Shown here in pieces: positions 30,740-40,121 of a stretch of DNA of 64,000 nt. Location: positions 1,843 to 65,842 of the forward strand of contig CAZDRU010000043.1 in the NCBI GenBank assembly GCA_964508175.1, given 5' to 3'. A program made the position numbers and the translations under genes. The notes under the pieces were generated by a model. The model saw only the letters and a list, made by a program, of their open reading frames with translations. It was not told the origin of the DNA and made no database searches. Within the stretch, counting starts at the first letter, position 1. Every line of letters begins with the position of its first letter. The DNA comes from an uncultured Dehalococcoidia bacterium (GTDB lineage Bacteria > Chloroflexota > Dehalococcoidia > Lucifugimonadales > CAZDRU01).

Positions 30740-31600
30740 TTGAATATAATTGAATCATTTGAAGTGAATAATTTGATTGACCTTGCGATTAAAGAAGATA
30801 TAGTTGATGTTGATTTAACTTCCGATATATTCATTGCGAATGATCAAATTGCTCTTGCAAAAATTAAAGTAAATGAAGACTGTGTTATAGCTGGTTTAGT
30901 GTTGATTGAAATAATTTTACAAAAATTGGGAAATTCTTTTGATATTTCTTTATATTCAGAAGATGGGTCTATCGTTTCTCGAGGAGATATAGTTGTAAGT
31001 ATTAAAGGTAATGCAAAAATGCTGTTACAAGCTGAACGTATTATATTAAATTTTTTACAAAGAATGAGTGGGATTGCTACAATTACCAAACAGTATTGTG
31101 ACTTAATAAAAGGCACAAATGCAAGAATTTGTGATACTCGAAAAACTGTTCCAGGATTACGTATGGTTGATAAATATGCAGTCAAGATGGGTGGAGGCAA
31201 AAATCATAGGATGAATCTTTCCGATGGAATTTTAATTAAAGATAATCATCTTTTTTTGTTAAAAGAATTTGGTGATAATATTAAAAAAAAATTAGGGGAA
31301 CTATTAGAATCAATTTCTTCTGATGTATTAATAGAAGTTGAAGTTAGTTCTATGAAAGAATTTCTATTAGTTAAAGATACTGGAGTTAAAGTGATAATGC
31401 TTGATAATATGTCACCAATGGATATTCGTGAAATAGTGAAATTAAATAAGAATAAAATATTGTTAGAAGCATCTGGTGGTATAAACAAAGAAAATGTTCG
31501 TTCTATTGCAGAAACTGGAGTGAATTTGATTTCTATAGGAGCATTAACTCATTCAGTGAAAGCAATTGATCTGAGTTGCGATATGCAATTTATTGATTAG
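30740..31600 (+). CDS. nadC: nicotinate-nucleotide diphosphorylase NadC
   Basis: SGIAT, DTRKT.PG, HR..L.D..LIKDNH, IEVEV, MLDN, EASGG, GALTHS. Confidence 0.95.
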   Translation: MNIIESFEVNNLIDLAIKEDIVDVDLTSDIFIANDQIALAKIKVNEDCVIAGLVLIEIILQKLGNSFDISLYSEDGSIVSRGDIVVSIKGNAKMLLQAERIILNFLQRMSGIATITKQYCDLIKGTNARICDTRKTVPGLRMVDKYAVKMGGGKNHRMNLSDGILIKDNHLFLLKEFGDNIKKKLGELLESISSDVLIEVEVSSMKEFLLVKDTGVKVIMLDNMSPMDIREIVKLNKNKILLEASGGINKENVRSIAETGVNLISIGALTHSVKAIDLSCDMQFID

Positions 31601-32052
31601 TTTAATTGTTTCACATCATTAGTATCAATAACAATTGTTACTGGACCGTCATTTATTGAAGAAACTTGCATTGTTGATTGAAAAACCCCAGTTTGAACAG
31701 ATATTGAATGATTTTTTAAACAATTAATGAAATATTCGTATAGAATTTTTGCTTGTTTTGGAGGTGCAGCATTACTAAAACTAGGTCTTCTTCCTTTTTG
31801 GGTATTTGCACATAGAGTAAATTGACTAATAACTAAAACCTCGAGATTTAATTCTTGTATGGATTTGTCAAAAGAAGGATTCTCTCCAAATATTCGCATT
31901 TGTATTAATTTTTTTACAAGGTATTCAGCATCAGTTTCTGAGTCAGTATGTGTTATACCTAAATATATCAGTAAGCCTTCTTTGATATGACTTGTTTCAG
32001 AGTTATTTATAAAGACTGATGCATTTAATACTCGTTGTATTACAATTTTCAT
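31597..32052 (-). CDS. dtd: D-aminoacyl-tRNA deacylase
   Basis: VIQRV, SQFTL, KGRRPSF, NDGPVT. Confidence 0.95.
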   Translation of the reverse strand: MKIVIQRVLNASVFINNSETSHIKEGLLIYLGITHTDSETDAEYLVKKLIQMRIFGENPSFDKSIQELNLEVLVISQFTLCANTQKGRRPSFSNAAPPKQAKILYEYFINCLKNHSISVQTGVFQSTMQVSSINDGPVTIVIDTNDVKQLN

Positions 32053-32391
32053 TTACTTTTTGGTTGATTTTGGGGTGTCTGTAGGTTTTGATGAGGAAGG
32101 AGTTTTTTTTGTTTTATCAGTTTTATCAGTTTTATTTTCAGTTTTATTTTCAGTTTTATTTGTTGGGGATTTTGATTTTGTTTCTTCAGATCTAGAAGCA
32201 GAATTTTTTTGTTTATAATCGGTTGTATAAAATCCACTACCTTTATAAATAACTGGGACAGCACTAAATTTTCTTCTTATTTCTTCTCCGCAGATTTCAC
32301 ATTTTAATGTAGGAGATGAGTCAAAAGAATGCCGTATTTCAAACGTTTCTGCGCAATTTTTGTTTACGCATTGATATTCGTATAATGGCAT
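32053..32391 (-). CDS. FmdB family zinc-ribbon protein with disordered tail (Rv0991c/Ruc-like)
   Basis: MPLYEYQC....C...FE, C..CG, YKGSGFYTTDY, followed by a low-complexity K/T/S/E tail. Confidence 0.88.
   Translation of the reverse strand: MPLYEYQCVNKNCAETFEIRHSFDSSPTLKCEICGEEIRRKFSAVPVIYKGSGFYTTDYKQKNSASRSEETKSKSPTNKTENKTENKTDKTDKTKKTPSSSKPTDTPKSTKK
32111..32160. repeat. short in-frame tandem repeats (9-bp and 12-bp units) in the FmdB tail
   Basis: CAGTTTTAT and CAGTTTTATTTT units encoding NKTENKTENKTDKTDKT on the minus strand. Confidence 0.7.
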
Positions 32392-32410
32392 ATTTGGATT
32401 CCTAAAAAAA

Positions 32411-32437
32411 TTAGCACTTAACTTAGGAAAGTGCCGA
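32411..32437. promoter_or_regulatory. CIRCE-like element (HrcA operator)
   Basis: TTAGCACTT-N9-AAGTGCCGA versus consensus TTAGCACTC-N9-GAGTGCTAA; lies between the promoter and start codon of the FmdB gene. Confidence 0.75.
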
Positions 32438-32443
32438 ACAAAT

Positions 32444-32473
32444 ACTTTAGCATCGATTTTGTAATATTGTCAA
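32444..32473 (-). promoter_or_regulatory. sigma70-type promoter for fmdB-dtd
   Basis: Minus strand TTGACA-18 nt-TAAAGT with extended TGn, just upstream of the CIRCE. Confidence 0.6.
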
Positions 32474-32508
32474 ATAAGAATAATTTTACAAAAAGAAATG
32501 TTGTTAGA

Positions 32509-32538
32509 TTGCTGATTTATAAACTCCTATGTTATACT
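32509..32538 (+). promoter_or_regulatory. promoter of the rpsB-tsf operon
   Basis: TTGCTG-18 nt-TATACT with extended TGn. Confidence 0.55.
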
Positions 32539-32644
32539 CAAATGGATTTTGTGTTGCTTAGACACACTTTTTTTTCGTATATTTTAAATAAAATTATTCA
32601 GGTTTAAATGTGTAAATATAGTAAAAATATGGGGTTAATTATTA

Positions 32645-33484
32645 ATGGTTGAACAGCTTGCAGTAAGTATGAAAGCCTTACTAGAAGCCGGTGTTCATTT
32701 TGGTCATCAAACTAGGAAGTGGCATCCCAAAATGAAGAACTATATTTTTACTCAAAGAAATTCTATTCATATAGTCGATCTTCAAAAAACTCGTTCAATG
32801 CTTCTAGATTCGATAAAACATGTTCAGGAAGTAGTTGAAGGTGGAGGAACTGTTCTTCTTGTTGGGACAAAAAAACAAGCTCAAAATGCTATAAAAGAAG
32901 AAGCTCAGAGAAGCGGTGCTTTTTATGTTAGTCATAGATGGTTGGGTGGAATGCTGACAAATTTTGAAAATATTCGTTCCCGAGTTAAATATATGACAGA
33001 TCTTCGTAAAAGAAGAGATGAAGGTGGGTTTGAAGGCTTAACGAAAAAAGAATCGTCTAAATTGGGAGAAAAACTTTTGCGATTAGAGAATTATTTTCTT
33101 GGTATTGAAGAAATGATTAAACTCCCAGATTTGATTTTTATTATTGATATTGGACAAGAGAATATAGCTGTAGCAGAAGCTAATCGACTTAATATTGAGA
33201 TAATGGCTTTAGTTGATACGGATTGTGACCCAACAAATATTCAATTTCCTATCCCAGGAAACGATGATGCTATTCGTTCTGTTAAATTAGTAACTAAATT
33301 GGTTGCTGACGCTATCTTATTAGGGAAAAAGCAATATGATTCCGAGACTGCTGAATTAGCTGAAGGTTCAATTGAAGAAAAAACTGAGGTTACTACTGAA
33401 ATTCGAGAACAATCTCCAGCCAGTGATACAGAGTCTGTAGCCAGTAAAGAAGAATCTGTAGATAGTGATACAAACAAAGAATAA
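32645..33484 (+). CDS. rpsB: 30S ribosomal protein S2
   Basis: [44 protein letters not shown]. Confidence 0.98.
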   Translation: MVEQLAVSMKALLEAGVHFGHQTRKWHPKMKNYIFTQRNSIHIVDLQKTRSMLLDSIKHVQEVVEGGGTVLLVGTKKQAQNAIKEEAQRSGAFYVSHRWLGGMLTNFENIRSRVKYMTDLRKRRDEGGFEGLTKKESSKLGEKLLRLENYFLGIEEMIKLPDLIFIIDIGQENIAVAEANRLNIEIMALVDTDCDPTNIQFPIPGNDDAIRSVKLVTKLVADAILLGKKQYDSETAELAEGSIEEKTEVTTEIREQSPASDTESVASKEESVDSDTNKE

Positions 33485-33502
33485 ATTAGGGAGTTATATT
33501 TT

Positions 33503-34003
33503 ATGTCTATATCCACTGATGACATAAAAAATTTACGTGAACAAACTGGCGCTGGCATTATGGATTGTAAGAATGCATTACAATCTTGTGATGGCAATGT
33601 AGAAGAAGCAATAAAATATATTAAAAAGAAAGGTTTAGAAGTTGTTCAAAAGAAAAGTGCTCGAGATGCTAGTGAAGGATTAATTAGTTCATATATTCAT
33701 GTTGGTAATCAAATTGGTGCTTTAGTTCAAATAGGCTGTGAAACTGATTTCGTAGCACGAACTGATGAAGTTAAAGAATTAAGTCATAATATTGCCATGC
33801 AAGTTGCTGCTATGAATCCAAGATTTATTTCGAAAAGTGATATTCCAAAGTCTGAAGAGGAAGATTCATCTGCAATTTGTTTACTCGAACAACAATATAT
33901 TAAAGACCAATCTATTACAATTCAAGACCTTTTAAATGATGTAATAGCAAAAGTAGGAGAAAATATCCAAGTGACAAGAATCACTAGATTTGCTCTTGAA
34001 TAA
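33503..34003 (+). CDS. tsf: elongation factor Ts (short form)
   Basis: LREQTGAGIMDCK.AL, CETDFVA, AMQVAA, GENI; 166 aa. Confidence 0.95.
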   Translation: MSISTDDIKNLREQTGAGIMDCKNALQSCDGNVEEAIKYIKKKGLEVVQKKSARDASEGLISSYIHVGNQIGALVQIGCETDFVARTDEVKELSHNIAMQVAAMNPRFISKSDIPKSEEEDSSAICLLEQQYIKDQSITIQDLLNDVIAKVGENIQVTRITRFALE

Positions 34004-34021
34004 TAAATTCATGTTTTAATA

Positions 34022-34744
34022 ATGATTGTTAGAAAATTTAATCGTGTGTTATTAAAATTAAGTGGGGAATCTTTGAAAGATTCTTCCAGTTCTCAAGTTT
34101 TGAAACCAGAAATACTTGATTATCTTTCGGAACAAATTGAATTAATTATTAAACAAAATATACAGTTAGCTATTGTTATCGGTGGTGGAAATATATGGCG
34201 AGGAGAAGAAGCAGCGTCAAGAGGTATGGATAGATCAGCAGCAGATTATGCAGGAATGTTAGCCACTGTCATTAATGCTTTAGCATTACAAGATTCTTTA
34301 GAAAGACGTAATTTAATTACAAGAACCCAGACTGCTTTAACAATTCATGCAGTTGCTGAATCTTATATAAGAAGGAAAGCAATACGCCATTTAGAGAAAG
34401 AAAGGATAGTCCTATTTGCTAGTGGGACAGGGAATCCTTACATGACAACTGACACAGCAGCTTCATTGAGAGCAATTGAAATTGATGCGGAAGTATTGTT
34501 AATGGCAAAAAATAATGTTGATGGAGTGTATGATAGTGATCCAAAATTAAATTCTAAAGCGAAAAAATATAAAAATTTAACGTATATGGAAGCTATCAAT
34601 AAAAAATTAGACATTATGGATTCAACAGCACTTTCTTTATGTATGGATAATAATCTCCCAGTAATAGTTTTTGATATATTTAAACCGGGGAATATTTTAG
34701 AGGTTTTATTAAAGCAGAATACAGGCACTTATATTTCTGGATAA
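34022..34744 (+). CDS. pyrH: UMP kinase
   Basis: RVLLKLSGE, GGGNIWRG, GTGNPY.TTD, VDGVYD.DP, MDSTA. Confidence 0.97.
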   Translation: MIVRKFNRVLLKLSGESLKDSSSSQVLKPEILDYLSEQIELIIKQNIQLAIVIGGGNIWRGEEAASRGMDRSAADYAGMLATVINALALQDSLERRNLITRTQTALTIHAVAESYIRRKAIRHLEKERIVLFASGTGNPYMTTDTAASLRAIEIDAEVLLMAKNNVDGVYDSDPKLNSKAKKYKNLTYMEAINKKLDIMDSTALSLCMDNNLPVIVFDIFKPGNILEVLLKQNTGTYISG

Positions 34745-34750
34745 AAAATC

Positions 34751-35332
34751 ATGAATGAAAACCAATCAAATTCGTCGATTAAAGAAGTTTTGGATTCTGT
34801 AAAAGAAAGTATGCAGTCTGTTTTTCATTTTATGGAAACAGATTTAGCTTCAATTAGAACCGGTAGAGCTGACCCTGATTTAATAAAGAATATAAAAATT
34901 AATTATTATGATACACTGACTCCCCTGAATCAACTTAGTAGTATTAGTGCTCCCGATGCTACTTTATTAGTTATTCAACCTTGGGATCGTACTGCAATCA
35001 AAGAGATAGAAGATGGATTATTAAAATCTGAATTTGGATTTAATCCTTCAAATGATGGAAATATTATTCGTATTCCCATGCCCCCACTTAGTTTAGAAAG
35101 AAGAAAAGAAATGGTTAAACTTCTTAAAAAAAGAATTGAAGAATTTAAAATTAGGATTAGAAATTCTCGACGTGATGGTATTAGTTTTGTGAAAATATTA
35201 GAAAAAGATAAAGAGATTTCTGAAGATGAATCTCGTTATTCTCAAGGAGAAATTCAAAAATTGACCGACGGATATATTTCGGAAATTGAACAATTTTCAA
35301 GTGTTAAAGAAAAAGAAATTACAGAAGTATAA
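34751..35332 (+). CDS. frr: ribosome recycling factor
   Basis: IRTGRA, IQPWD, NP.NDG..IR..P.L..ERR, RN.RRD. Confidence 0.96.
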   Translation: MNENQSNSSIKEVLDSVKESMQSVFHFMETDLASIRTGRADPDLIKNIKINYYDTLTPLNQLSSISAPDATLLVIQPWDRTAIKEIEDGLLKSEFGFNPSNDGNIIRIPMPPLSLERRKEMVKLLKKRIEEFKIRIRNSRRDGISFVKILEKDKEISEDESRYSQGEIQKLTDGYISEIEQFSSVKEKEITEV

Positions 35333-35426
35333 TCGAAGAAATCGATTGTTTGTATCCTTGTTAGTTTGATTTCTCAACTTTAAATTTAATTTTTTAGTAA
35401 AGTTAATTCTGGAGAGTTTTTTTATA

Positions 35427-36137
35427 GTGATACAACAAGATCAAAAAAAAATACCACGGCATATTGCTATTATTATGGATGGGAATGGTAGATGGGCAAA
35501 AGAAAGAGGACAAAATAGAATAAATGGACATCGAGAAGGAGTTCGTAATATTGAGCGTATAGTTAAATATGTATCTTCCATCGGTGTTAAATATTTAACG
35601 TTATATGCCTTTTCAACTGAAAATTGGGAACGTCCCAAAAAAGAGACAGAAGCTCTTTTCAATATTTTTAATAAAGAAATTAAAAAGAGGACAACTCATT
35701 TTCATAAAGAAAATATTCGAATCATTCACTTAGGAAGGAAGCAAAAAATTGATGCAATGGTAACGAAAGAAATAGAAACAGCTGAGCGTTTAACTCAAAA
35801 CAATAAAGGTTTAGTTTTATCTATAGCTTTTGATTATGGAAGTAGGATTGAAATTATAGAAGCAATTCAAAAAGTGATTGATAGCGGTATTAAATCGAAA
35901 GATTTGGACGAGTTGAAATTTTCAAAATTTCTTTATACCCGAGAAATTCCTGATCCAGATTTTCTTATTCGAACTGGAGGAGAATATAGGTTAAGTAATT
36001 TTTTAGCTTGGCAATCAATTTATAGTGAACTTTTTTTTACGAATGTTTATTGGCCTGATTTTAGAGAATCAAATATAGAAGAAGCAATTGATGAATTTTC
36101 TCGGAGATATCGACGTTTCGGGTCGATTAATGATTAA
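35427..36137 (+). CDS. uppS: undecaprenyl/polyprenyl diphosphate synthase
   Basis: PRHIAIIMDGNGRWA, YAFSTENW.RP, PD.LIRTGGE.RLSNF. Confidence 0.96.
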   Translation: MIQQDQKKIPRHIAIIMDGNGRWAKERGQNRINGHREGVRNIERIVKYVSSIGVKYLTLYAFSTENWERPKKETEALFNIFNKEIKKRTTHFHKENIRIIHLGRKQKIDAMVTKEIETAERLTQNNKGLVLSIAFDYGSRIEIIEAIQKVIDSGIKSKDLDELKFSKFLYTREIPDPDFLIRTGGEYRLSNFLAWQSIYSELFFTNVYWPDFRESNIEEAIDEFSRRYRRFGSIND

Positions 36138-36143
36138 TATTAT

Positions 36144-36959
36144 ATGTTAAAAAGAATAATTACTGCTGCATGTCTTTTGCCATTTATTTTAGTAATATTG
36201 TGGATAGGAGAAATTCCATTATTAGTATCAATAGTTCTCTTTTTTAGCATAATCATTTACGAAATGCATTTTATGTTCAAAAATATTGGATTAGAAATTA
36301 ATAGAATAATTTATAGTATATGGATTCTATTAACTCTTTTATATGCTTATTTTTCACAGGATGTTTTTTGGCAATATAAAATTGAAGCGTTTATATTTTT
36401 AATGGTTGCTGGAGTATTACTTTTATCTGTGGATTCTATTTATAAAACTAAATCATCGAATTTAAAAGTGATGTTCTTGCCTATTATTTTTATAGTAGGT
36501 TTAACTTTCTGTTTTAGTCATTTGTTCTTTTTTGACCAAATGATTTGGGAGGAAGGACGAAAATGGATTTATTTGGTTTTATTTACTGTAATAGTAAATG
36601 ATACAGCTAGTATGTTTATGGGCAAACGTTTCGGTAAGCATAAATTATTTCCTAAGGTAAGTCCTAATAAAACTTGGGAAGGTTTATTAGGTGGAATTTT
36701 GTTTGCCATCGTTACATGTTTTTTATTAAATATTATTTTTAGTATTAATTTATCGATAATTAAAATCAGTTTTTTAAGTTTAATTATTGTATTTTTTGCT
36801 CATTTTGGTGATTTTTTGGAATCATTATTAAAACGTAAAACAAAAGTTAAAGATTCAGGAAATATTTTGCCAGGACATGGGGGAATTCTTGATAGAATAG
36901 ATAGTATTGTCCTTAACATTCCTGTTGCGTATTATTTTTTTATACTTTGGAGTATTTAA
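36144..36959 (+). CDS. cdsA: phosphatidate cytidylyltransferase
   Basis: SPNKTWEG, GD..ES..KR...VKDSG..LPGHGG.LDR.DS. Confidence 0.95.
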   Translation: MLKRIITAACLLPFILVILWIGEIPLLVSIVLFFSIIIYEMHFMFKNIGLEINRIIYSIWILLTLLYAYFSQDVFWQYKIEAFIFLMVAGVLLLSVDSIYKTKSSNLKVMFLPIIFIVGLTFCFSHLFFFDQMIWEEGRKWIYLVLFTVIVNDTASMFMGKRFGKHKLFPKVSPNKTWEGLLGGILFAIVTCFLLNIIFSINLSIIKISFLSLIIVFFAHFGDFLESLLKRKTKVKDSGNILPGHGGILDRIDSIVLNIPVAYYFFILWSI

Positions 36960-36962
36960 TTT

Positions 36963-38084
36963 ATGAAGCGATTAATTATTTTAGGTTCTACTGGTTCGAT
37001 AGGAGTACAAACTTTAGATATTGTTAGACAATTTCATGAAGAAATAGAAATAGTAGGCCTAGCTGCTGGCAATAATTTAGAACTTTTTGAACAACAAATC
37101 AAAGAATTTAATCCAAAATATATTTATGCATTATCAAAATCATTTAGCGATAAATTTCAGGCAAAGTTTCTTTCAATGGAAGAGATGGTTCAGAGTGAGA
37201 AAGTTGATTTAATTTTAATAGCAACTAGTGGTTCAATAGGTTTTCTTCCTACTGTGTTAGCCCTTAAAAATTCACAAACTGTTGCTTTAGCTAATAAAGA
37301 AGTGATTGTGATGGGAGGGGATTTAATTATGAATCTTGCTAAAAAAAATAATACAAAGATTATTCCAGTTGATAGTGAACCTAGTGCAATTTGGCAATGT
37401 TTGTTAGGAGATCGTGATATGAAGAAAATTATCTTAACTGGTTCTGGAGGACCTTTTAGAAATATTGCTCAAGAAAATTTAAAATCAATTACTCCTGAAG
37501 AAGCTCTAGCGCATCCTACTTGGAATATGGGCAAGAAAATTACAATAGATTCTGCTACTTTGATGAACAAAGCATTTGAAGTAATAGAAGCGAAATTTTT
37601 ATTTGATTTAGATTGGGATAACATTGAAGTTGTTCTTCATCCACAAAGTATTATTCATTCTTTAATAGAATTTAATGATGGTTCGATCAAAGCTCATCTT
37701 GGTGTTCCCGATATGAAAATACCAATTCAATATGCTATTTTTCATCCTAGACGATTAGAAAATCCTCTGATAAGTAATCTTAATTTAAGTATGTTAAAAC
37801 AGTTGACTTTTTATCCACTTACATCGGATAAATTTCCATGTTTTTCGCTTGGTTTATCTATAGGGAAATTAGGAGGTTCACTTCCTGCAGTATTAACTGC
37901 TGTTGATGAATTGGCAGTTAATGCATTTTTAACTCAAAGAATTAAATTTACAGAAATTCACAGGATTATTGAGACTGTCATTGAAAGACATAATAGAATT
38001 CCAACTCCAACAATAGATGATATTTTATATGTTGATCAATGGGCTAGAAATGAAACAAATAAAGTATTTAAGGTATCGAATTAA
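36963..38084 (+). CDS. dxr: 1-deoxy-D-xylulose-5-phosphate reductoisomerase
   Basis: LGSTGSIG, LANKE, PVDSE, SGGPF, HP.W.MG.KITIDSATLMNK..E.IEA. Confidence 0.96.
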   Translation: MKRLIILGSTGSIGVQTLDIVRQFHEEIEIVGLAAGNNLELFEQQIKEFNPKYIYALSKSFSDKFQAKFLSMEEMVQSEKVDLILIATSGSIGFLPTVLALKNSQTVALANKEVIVMGGDLIMNLAKKNNTKIIPVDSEPSAIWQCLLGDRDMKKIILTGSGGPFRNIAQENLKSITPEEALAHPTWNMGKKITIDSATLMNKAFEVIEAKFLFDLDWDNIEVVLHPQSIIHSLIEFNDGSIKAHLGVPDMKIPIQYAIFHPRRLENPLISNLNLSMLKQLTFYPLTSDKFPCFSLGLSIGKLGGSLPAVLTAVDELAVNAFLTQRIKFTEIHRIIETVIERHNRIPTPTIDDILYVDQWARNETNKVFKVSN

Positions 38085-39169
38085 TGTCGAATGTTCTAAT
38101 TTTTATTATTGTTTTATCTTCTTTAATTGTAGTACATGAGTGTGGACATTTTTTTGTTGCGAAATGGTTTAAAATTAAAGTTTTGGAATTTGGATTAGGT
38201 TTTCCGCCCAGAATATTCTCTATTAAATATAAAGGCACTATTTATTCATTAAATTTATTACCTTTAGGAGGATTTGTTAGATTATTAGGAGAAGAAGAGC
38301 CTGATCATCCTGATAGCATACTAAAAAGAGCCATCTATCAGCGTTTCATGGTTATTATAGCCGGTGTATTAATGAATGTTTTCTTAACGTTTATTTTATT
38401 TTCAGTCTTTTTTATGTTGCCTAAAAATGTTTTAGTTGGACATGTAGAGATAAACAAAATTCAAATTGATAGTCCAGCTTATCAAGCTGGATTTAAAGAA
38501 CACGATATTATATTGAGTGTTGATGAAAAACCTATCCAAAACTTTACAGATCTTGCTTATAGGATAAATCTTAAATTAGGTAGTGAGTCTCATTGGCGTG
38601 TTAAACGGGTTGATAATTCTAAATCTCTTGATCAACGTTCAGCGGACATTTTAGATTTGACAGTGACTCCTCGTTGGGACCCTCCTGAAAAACAAGGGCC
38701 AACAGGAATTGAAGTTAGACAAATTATGGCTCATCAAGAAATTATTCAAAGCAATTTCTTCAAAGCTTTTTATTTGGGAGGAGAACGTCTAATAGAAACG
38801 GTGATTTTATTAAAAAATGAAATCACAAAATGGGTATTAGGAATTGCAAAACCATCTTTTTCTGGGCCTGTTGGTATTGCACAAGCTACAGGTGAAATTG
38901 CTAAAGTTGGAGGATTTATTAGTCTTTTGCAATTTGCAGCTTTACTTAGTTTAAATCTTGCGATTTTGAATTTGCTTCCTTTACCAATGCTTGATGGAGG
39001 AAGACTTATGTTTTTAGGAATTGAAGCTGTCAGAGGAGGTAAAAGAGTCTCGGCAAAACGAGAGCGATTTGTTCATGCAGTTGGTTTTTTTAGTTTAATG
39101 TTATTATTAATTATTGTTACGATCGTTGATGTTCAAAGAATAATAAATGGTGATTCTTTATTTCGATAG
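38084..39169 (+). CDS. rseP: RIP metalloprotease RseP (M50)
   Basis: HECGH, LPLGGFV, PDZ-like segment, NLLPLPMLDGG. Confidence 0.93.
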   Translation: MSNVLIFIIVLSSLIVVHECGHFFVAKWFKIKVLEFGLGFPPRIFSIKYKGTIYSLNLLPLGGFVRLLGEEEPDHPDSILKRAIYQRFMVIIAGVLMNVFLTFILFSVFFMLPKNVLVGHVEINKIQIDSPAYQAGFKEHDIILSVDEKPIQNFTDLAYRINLKLGSESHWRVKRVDNSKSLDQRSADILDLTVTPRWDPPEKQGPTGIEVRQIMAHQEIIQSNFFKAFYLGGERLIETVILLKNEITKWVLGIAKPSFSGPVGIAQATGEIAKVGGFISLLQFAALLSLNLAILNLLPLPMLDGGRLMFLGIEAVRGGKRVSAKRERFVHAVGFFSLMLLLIIVTIVDVQRIINGDSLFR

Positions 39170-39198
39170 TATGTAGGAATCAGATTTATTTGATTGAT

Positions 39199-40098
39199 TT
39201 AGAATTGAATTAATATAATCCCAGTAACAATAATTAATGCTCCCAATCCTTTTCGAATTAATGTATTTGTGGTTATTGATTCTTGTAGTATGTTTATACG
39301 TTTAATGCTTAATATTGAACTGAGTAAAAAAGTAAATAAAGGGGTGGTTGCTAATATGGGAGTTACTAAAGTAATCGGAGCTGAATTAAGTGCAAATTGA
39401 TGAATTATTACTGCTAAAGGTCCCCATATCAAATTTGTAAAGAGTAGTAGTTTAAATAATTTAGGTTGTTTAAAGACTTTTTTAAAAAATGTAATATTAG
39501 CTTGCTTCATTACGAGTAAACCAATGATTCCAAAGCCAATATTTCTTAGTATAAATGTTTCAGATATTTCGAATTTTTCCAAGCCAATTTTATTTAGAAC
39601 CATAGCAATCCCAATAAATATTCCTGCTACAATCGCAAATATTATAGGGGTAAAATTTTTCAATTTATTATTCTTTTTGAATTTTTGAGAAGCAATGATA
39701 ATTGTTCCAATCATTGTTAGAGATATTCCGATTATTTGATAATTATTAATTGTTTCATTTAAAAAGAATAGTGCTATTAAGACACTTATGATGGGGTGAG
39801 TATAATACAACGGGATTATATTAGAAGAATCTTCTTTCTTTAATGCTTGAAATAATATAATTATTCCTATTCCCCAAATCATTCCTGCAAAGAGTGGCCA
39901 TAAAAATTCTATTGTGTAAGAAGAAGTAAATGGAATGAATATGAAGAGAATAATAGAGTATAGAATTGAAATTAAACCGATCCAACTAAAGTAAATTATA
40001 GGTGAGACTATATATGAATTTAGTATTCGTTTATCTAGTACACTAACAATCCCCCATGTTGCAGCGCTTATTATTGAAATTATTAACCAATGTGTCAT
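39199..40098 (-). CDS. EamA/DMT family transporter
   Basis: About 10 TM helices in two repeats, FL.E...I.G motif. Confidence 0.75.
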   Translation of the reverse strand: MTHWLIISIISAATWGIVSVLDKRILNSYIVSPIIYFSWIGLISILYSIILFIFIPFTSSYTIEFLWPLFAGMIWGIGIIILFQALKKEDSSNIIPLYYTHPIISVLIALFFLNETINNYQIIGISLTMIGTIIIASQKFKKNNKLKNFTPIIFAIVAGIFIGIAMVLNKIGLEKFEISETFILRNIGFGIIGLLVMKQANITFFKKVFKQPKLFKLLLFTNLIWGPLAVIIHQFALNSAPITLVTPILATTPLFTFLLSSILSIKRINILQESITTNTLIRKGLGALIIVTGIILIQF

Positions 40099-40121
40099 TG
40101 ATCAAATATTCTTCCTTTGCT

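Noticed and set aside
32049-32264. 71-aa ORF with KIKL repeats
   Set aside because: Alternate-frame reading of the FmdB tail repeats.
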